Positions 54,829-58,285 of a stretch of 58,285 bases of DNA are shown here, piece by piece. Origin of the DNA: Candidatus Thorarchaeota archaeon (GTDB lineage Archaea > Asgardarchaeota > Thorarchaeia > Thorarchaeales > Thorarchaeaceae); the NCBI GenBank assembly GCA_011364985.1, contig RDOC01000008.1:1-58285 (forward strand), read 5' to 3'. A program made the translations under genes and the position numbers. Positions within the stretch are counted from its first letter, which is position 1. Each line of letters starts with the position of its first letter. The notes under the pieces are model-generated. The model made no database searches. It saw only the letters and a list, made by a program, of their open reading frames with translations, and was not told the DNA's origin.

Positions 54829-54860
54829 TGTCTAGGTTTGTCTAGAAAACAATCAACGGT
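54749..54860 (+). ncRNA. Putative TnpB guide-scaffold (omega/reRNA) overlapping the tnpB 3' end
   Basis: Position expected for TnpB; by-eye pairings ATGTCAA/TTGACAT, ACGA/TCGT with CCCAG/CTGGG, TCTAG/CTAGA; 5' boundary uncertain. Confidence 0.4.
54827..54845 (-). repeat. Right subterminal inverted repeat
   Basis: AATGTCTAGGTTTGTCTAG (reverse complement CTAGACAAACCTAGACATT). Confidence 0.8.
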
Positions 54861-56051
54861 TACTACATTGAAATCACCCTGCCATATGGGAGTACAGAGG
54901 CTGAACTAACTCTTTCAAAATCGGTCAATGACGTTTGGACTTTACTAGGCACGTACATTTTTCCAGATAACGCGCCAGGATGGTGGCATTTCGACATTGT
55001 ACGGGATGAAAGCGGAACCATCTCTGTTTCTCTAAACGGCATACTCAGAGTGGAAGCCATAGACACCACCTATGATGTGTCTGATTACTTCTATCTTCAA
55101 GGCTTTAACACTCAAGGTATCGACAACATCATCGTAGACGCCACGAGTCCTGGGGGAGGAATCACTCGATTGACCCAGAGCTCTACTGACCTCTCTGTTG
55201 GTGACACGTATATGGATACTAATGGTCATCTCTGGGTATCTTGGACAGATTGGAGTAACTTGAATTCAATGATCTCGGATTCCAATACAATAAGCCTTCT
55301 TCCGGCTGCGATAAACATGTCGCCAGAGAATGATGGCTTTGATAATGACCAGGCCTCCTGTATTCTTCGTGACCAAAATGGTACACTATGGTTAGTGTAT
55401 AGTGTCGGAATATCCACATATTCAGAATCTGTGTACATTCGCAGCTATACCTCTGGAGTTCTTGGAGAGCGGCATCAAGTGGCCCAAATAGCTGGGACAA
55501 ACCGAGAGGCTGACTTGGTACAGCATTCTGATGGGAGCTACTCATTGTTCTTCTCCGCATCGGATAGTATTTACTCAGCCTCTAGTTGGCATGGGTTCAT
55601 CACGCATTCGGATGATCTCATATCTTGGACGACGCCCACCCAAGTAACGACAACATGGGGTCGGCTGACCAGAATGACACTCGACAACGAAGACAATCTC
55701 TATGCATTAATAGATAATAATGATCAGGGATTGAAAATCAGCAAATCTGAGGATGGCATAACTTGGAGCTCACCAATCACTTTGACTTCTGGACATTATG
55801 GGGACATCTACTATAGTGCTAGTCTAGGAAAACTATTTGTCGCATATTTCAATCCAGCAGATAACAATATCTGGATCAGAGATACGACTGATGGGATTAC
55901 TTGGTCTACACCTTGGCTCGCCGTTGATAGGACTGCCTCCTCAGCCACAGAATGTAGGATATGCGAGGATGACCAAGGCCGGTTATTGGTGACCTATATG
56001 GACAATGTTGGTGGGCATAATGATCTCTTCATTATCAGTATCTCTGTTTAG
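54861..56051 (+). pseudogene. 3' part of the interrupted secreted-protein gene (beta-rich domain + BNR/Asp-box sialidase-like propeller)
   Basis: Frame open from 54861, same frame as the 55050-56051 ORF; Asp-box-like SDDLISW, SEDGITW, TTDGITW. Confidence 0.8.
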
Positions 56052-56232
56052 CAGTAGTACTTAATCGATCACAACCTCTACAACTTCAACCACAACAACA
56101 TCTACAGGGCCTCTATCTAACTCACTCTTCTCATTCCTTATACCTGGGTTAGGAGCTGCTCTCGTAGTAGTTGCAGCATTAATTATCTTCTTACGATGAA
56201 AAGGAGATAAGCAGACGGCTGCCTACCAATCT

Positions 56233-56517
56233 ATGAGTATAGTGCCAAGAGAATCTTCTGGAGGAGCCTCGCACACAGACACAGTAGAGAGTAAGGAACT
56301 AGTCTTGGGAGCTTTGAAGTCCTACCCACGTATGCGTATGAAGGAATTGTCCAAACTCCTTGACATGCCGGCGGAGAAAGTGTGTAGAATCACCTTGCGA
56401 CTCATTGCTACTGGTAGTGTAGTTGATGCTTTCGATAGAGCAATGGATGAGTTTATCCGGATGCGCCTCTTGTTGCCCCTTTGTAGTGTGGTTCTGCAAC
56501 AATCTATACGCAAATGA
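56233..56517 (+). CDS. Small winged-helix (PCI-like) protein, possibly degraded
   Basis: LGALKSYPRMRMKELSKLLDM...LIATGSV..FD. Confidence 0.4.
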   Translation: MSIVPRESSGGASHTDTVESKELVLGALKSYPRMRMKELSKLLDMPAEKVCRITLRLIATGSVVDAFDRAMDEFIRMRLLLPLCSVVLQQSIRK

Positions 56518-57412
56518 TGATGCTTGTGGCTATCACAAGCGCAGAACTCATGAGAAATGATTGATCCAGCTGAAGCATTAATATAGGCTCTTAATCTAGC
56601 CGGATAATAGCAATGATATGACTAGTGTCCCTGCAGCGGTCTTCTGCTGGGAACTGGATTGCATAGAACTCAAAGAGGTATTGTCATTGAATATAAGAGC
56701 TCTTATGGCATTGATTATCGGAGTGATTTTAGCTATAGCCGTTTTTCTACTCACATCTTACTCATCACAATCAGGCATGAAATAGGGGAGTTGCTCTTCT
56801 TTGCAACAGAACTCTGGTTGATGGATCCGCAATCGCTCACAATGGCAAATTCCGGTCTTTTGATCTATCTCAAGACGGAGCGCATGCTTGTCCTCTGGAT
56901 TTGGTTCATCCGAAATGCTCTTCTCACTCCCAACATAGTTATGAAGGATGTAATATGAATCCACTTGTGTACCGGACCCTCCAATTTTGTTTGCGAAGTC
57001 GGGTGCTTTTGGACTACTGCACCAATGCGAGGTTTAGGAATCTTTATCAAAAAGTCCTTCTAATGTATTAATAGTCGTCCGAGGAGTACGCTAATGATGA
57101 CGCCTGGACTTGATGTGCCGAGTGGAGCTATAAACACATTCGAAGGTTGACCGAGCGATCAAGACGGCAGATAGGGCAGAATGACGAATGGCAGCATCGG
57201 GTAATGACATGCCTGTTCAAAGGTGTGACATACCAAAAAAACTGTGTTGTCAGACGAGATATATTGAACCGTTATCGAGGCTCAGACTCAAACGGCCTTC
57301 TTGCTTTTTCTGAAACCGTCCTCTTTGAGCGTTAGGTCATTGTGCGAAATGACGTCCGCCCACTGGTCTAATCTCTAGAATTATGTTATTTCGGGGGGAC
57401 TTAATACCGATA

Positions 57413-58285
57413 ATGATGTCCGAACCTGAAACTCTCCTAGAATACCAATCCTTTAGGAGAAAACTTCGAGAACGAGTTCTTCTTGGGAGTATCGTTGCCA
57501 TATTAATTGGTGCGACTATTTTGGCAATAGCACCTGAAAATGTTTTCACCTTTGGGAGGCTCTCGACTGGCGACCAGTCCTTGGGCACTGTGGGCCACTC
57601 TATTACTGACCAGAGTTCGCCCGGACAGACCGAGTTTGTTCTTCTCAATACTACAGAATTCACTTGGGAGTCTGGGTGGATTACAGAAACCGAATGGTAC
57701 GAGGCAGACTACATAGGGTTCTATCAGGACTCAAGGGGCTTTCATGTTGAGGGATCCAGAGTTAGATTTCTACTGTACTACTACCTAAACATCATTGTCG
57801 ATCATTACGATACCCTCAAACTAAGCACACTTGTGAGTTCAGAGTCTGGTAACTTCACGATTGGTATCTCCAGCTACTTCGGCCTTTGGTGGAGCGACAG
57901 CTTTCACAGGAGCAATTCGACGGACGTGTCTGGGGGTGAAGAAAGGTTCCATACTCTAAACATCTCAATGGACTGGGTTAGAAGCAACACAAATAAGTGG
58001 ATTGTGCAGGCACGCCTTGAACTTGAGATAACTATTCAATCATATGCATCCATTCTGATCCAAAGGGCTACCGTCAAGGCTAGTTCTTCAGCGGTCCTCT
58101 ATCCTGTGGCTTTTGGTTTCCAAGACAAATTGGGAGTAGGCTTGTACGATGCCAAGGAAACCAGAAGGCTGCTTGAAATTCCAGTACTGAATCTTAGAAG
58201 TGACGCCCTGAACAAGAGCGCAGTCTTAATGCAGTGGTCTCCCGATGAAACAATTCATGTTCCCATCGGTAGTTACTCAGCGGAG
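57413..58285 (+). CDS. Partial hypothetical membrane-anchored protein running off the right edge
   Basis: MMSEPETLLEYQSFRRKLRERVLLGSIVAILIGATIL..., frame open to the window end; not in the ORF track because it has no stop. Confidence 0.7.
   Translation, partial: MMSEPETLLEYQSFRRKLRERVLLGSIVAILIGATILAIAPENVFTFGRLSTGDQSLGTVGHSITDQSSPGQTEFVLLNTTEFTWESGWITETEWYEADYIGFYQDSRGFHVEGSRVRFLLYYYLNIIVDHYDTLKLSTLVSSESGNFTIGISSYFGLWWSDSFHRSNSTDVSGGEERFHTLNISMDWVRSNTNKWIVQARLELEITIQSYASILIQRATVKASSSAVLYPVAFGFQDKLGVGLYDAKETRRLLEIPVLNLRSDALNKSAVLMQWSPDETIHVPIGSYSAE

Larger units (their letters stand above)
46740..54860 (+). mobile_element. IS607-family-like cargo transposon, 8,121 bp (tnpA, 1,695-aa nuclease-like cargo, large tnpB)
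   Basis: GGT at both junctions (46737-46739, 54858-54860); removal restores a continuous host ORF; serine recombinase at the left end, TnpB at the right end; subterminal inverted repeats. Confidence 0.9.

Noticed and set aside
52492-56200. CRISPR array or cas genes near the Cas12-like protein
   Set aside because: No repeat-spacer pattern or cas1/cas2 is visible; the protein sits at a transposon end, so TnpB is the better call.

Overview
Archaeal genomic window. Protein style (Thr-rich stalk + C-terminal TM anchors, TPR/wHTH pair, circularly permuted peptide-binding protein, TATA-like promoters) suggests an Asgard archaeon, probably Thorarchaeia; this is inference. Bases 1-46,300 hold mostly housekeeping and accessory genes: msrB, thyX, an Ogt-like protein, a MutY-like glycosylase, purB-purA, methyltransferases, hydrolases, transporters and regulators. 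The main feature is an 8,121-bp IS607-family-like element (46740-54860) inserted at a GGT core inside a secreted-protein gene, whose two halves rejoin exactly in frame. The element carries a serine-recombinase TnpA, an unusually large 721-aa TnpB/Cas12-like RuvC protein with an intact D-E-D triad, and between them on the opposite strand a 1,695-aa protein with a RecB-like PD-(D/E)XK nuclease motif set and a degenerate P-loop. Its ends carry 19-bp subterminal inverted repeats, and the right end has by-eye RNA structure consistent with a guide scaffold. I saw no CRISPR array, tRNA or rRNA. All calls come from reading motifs by eye; no database searches were run.
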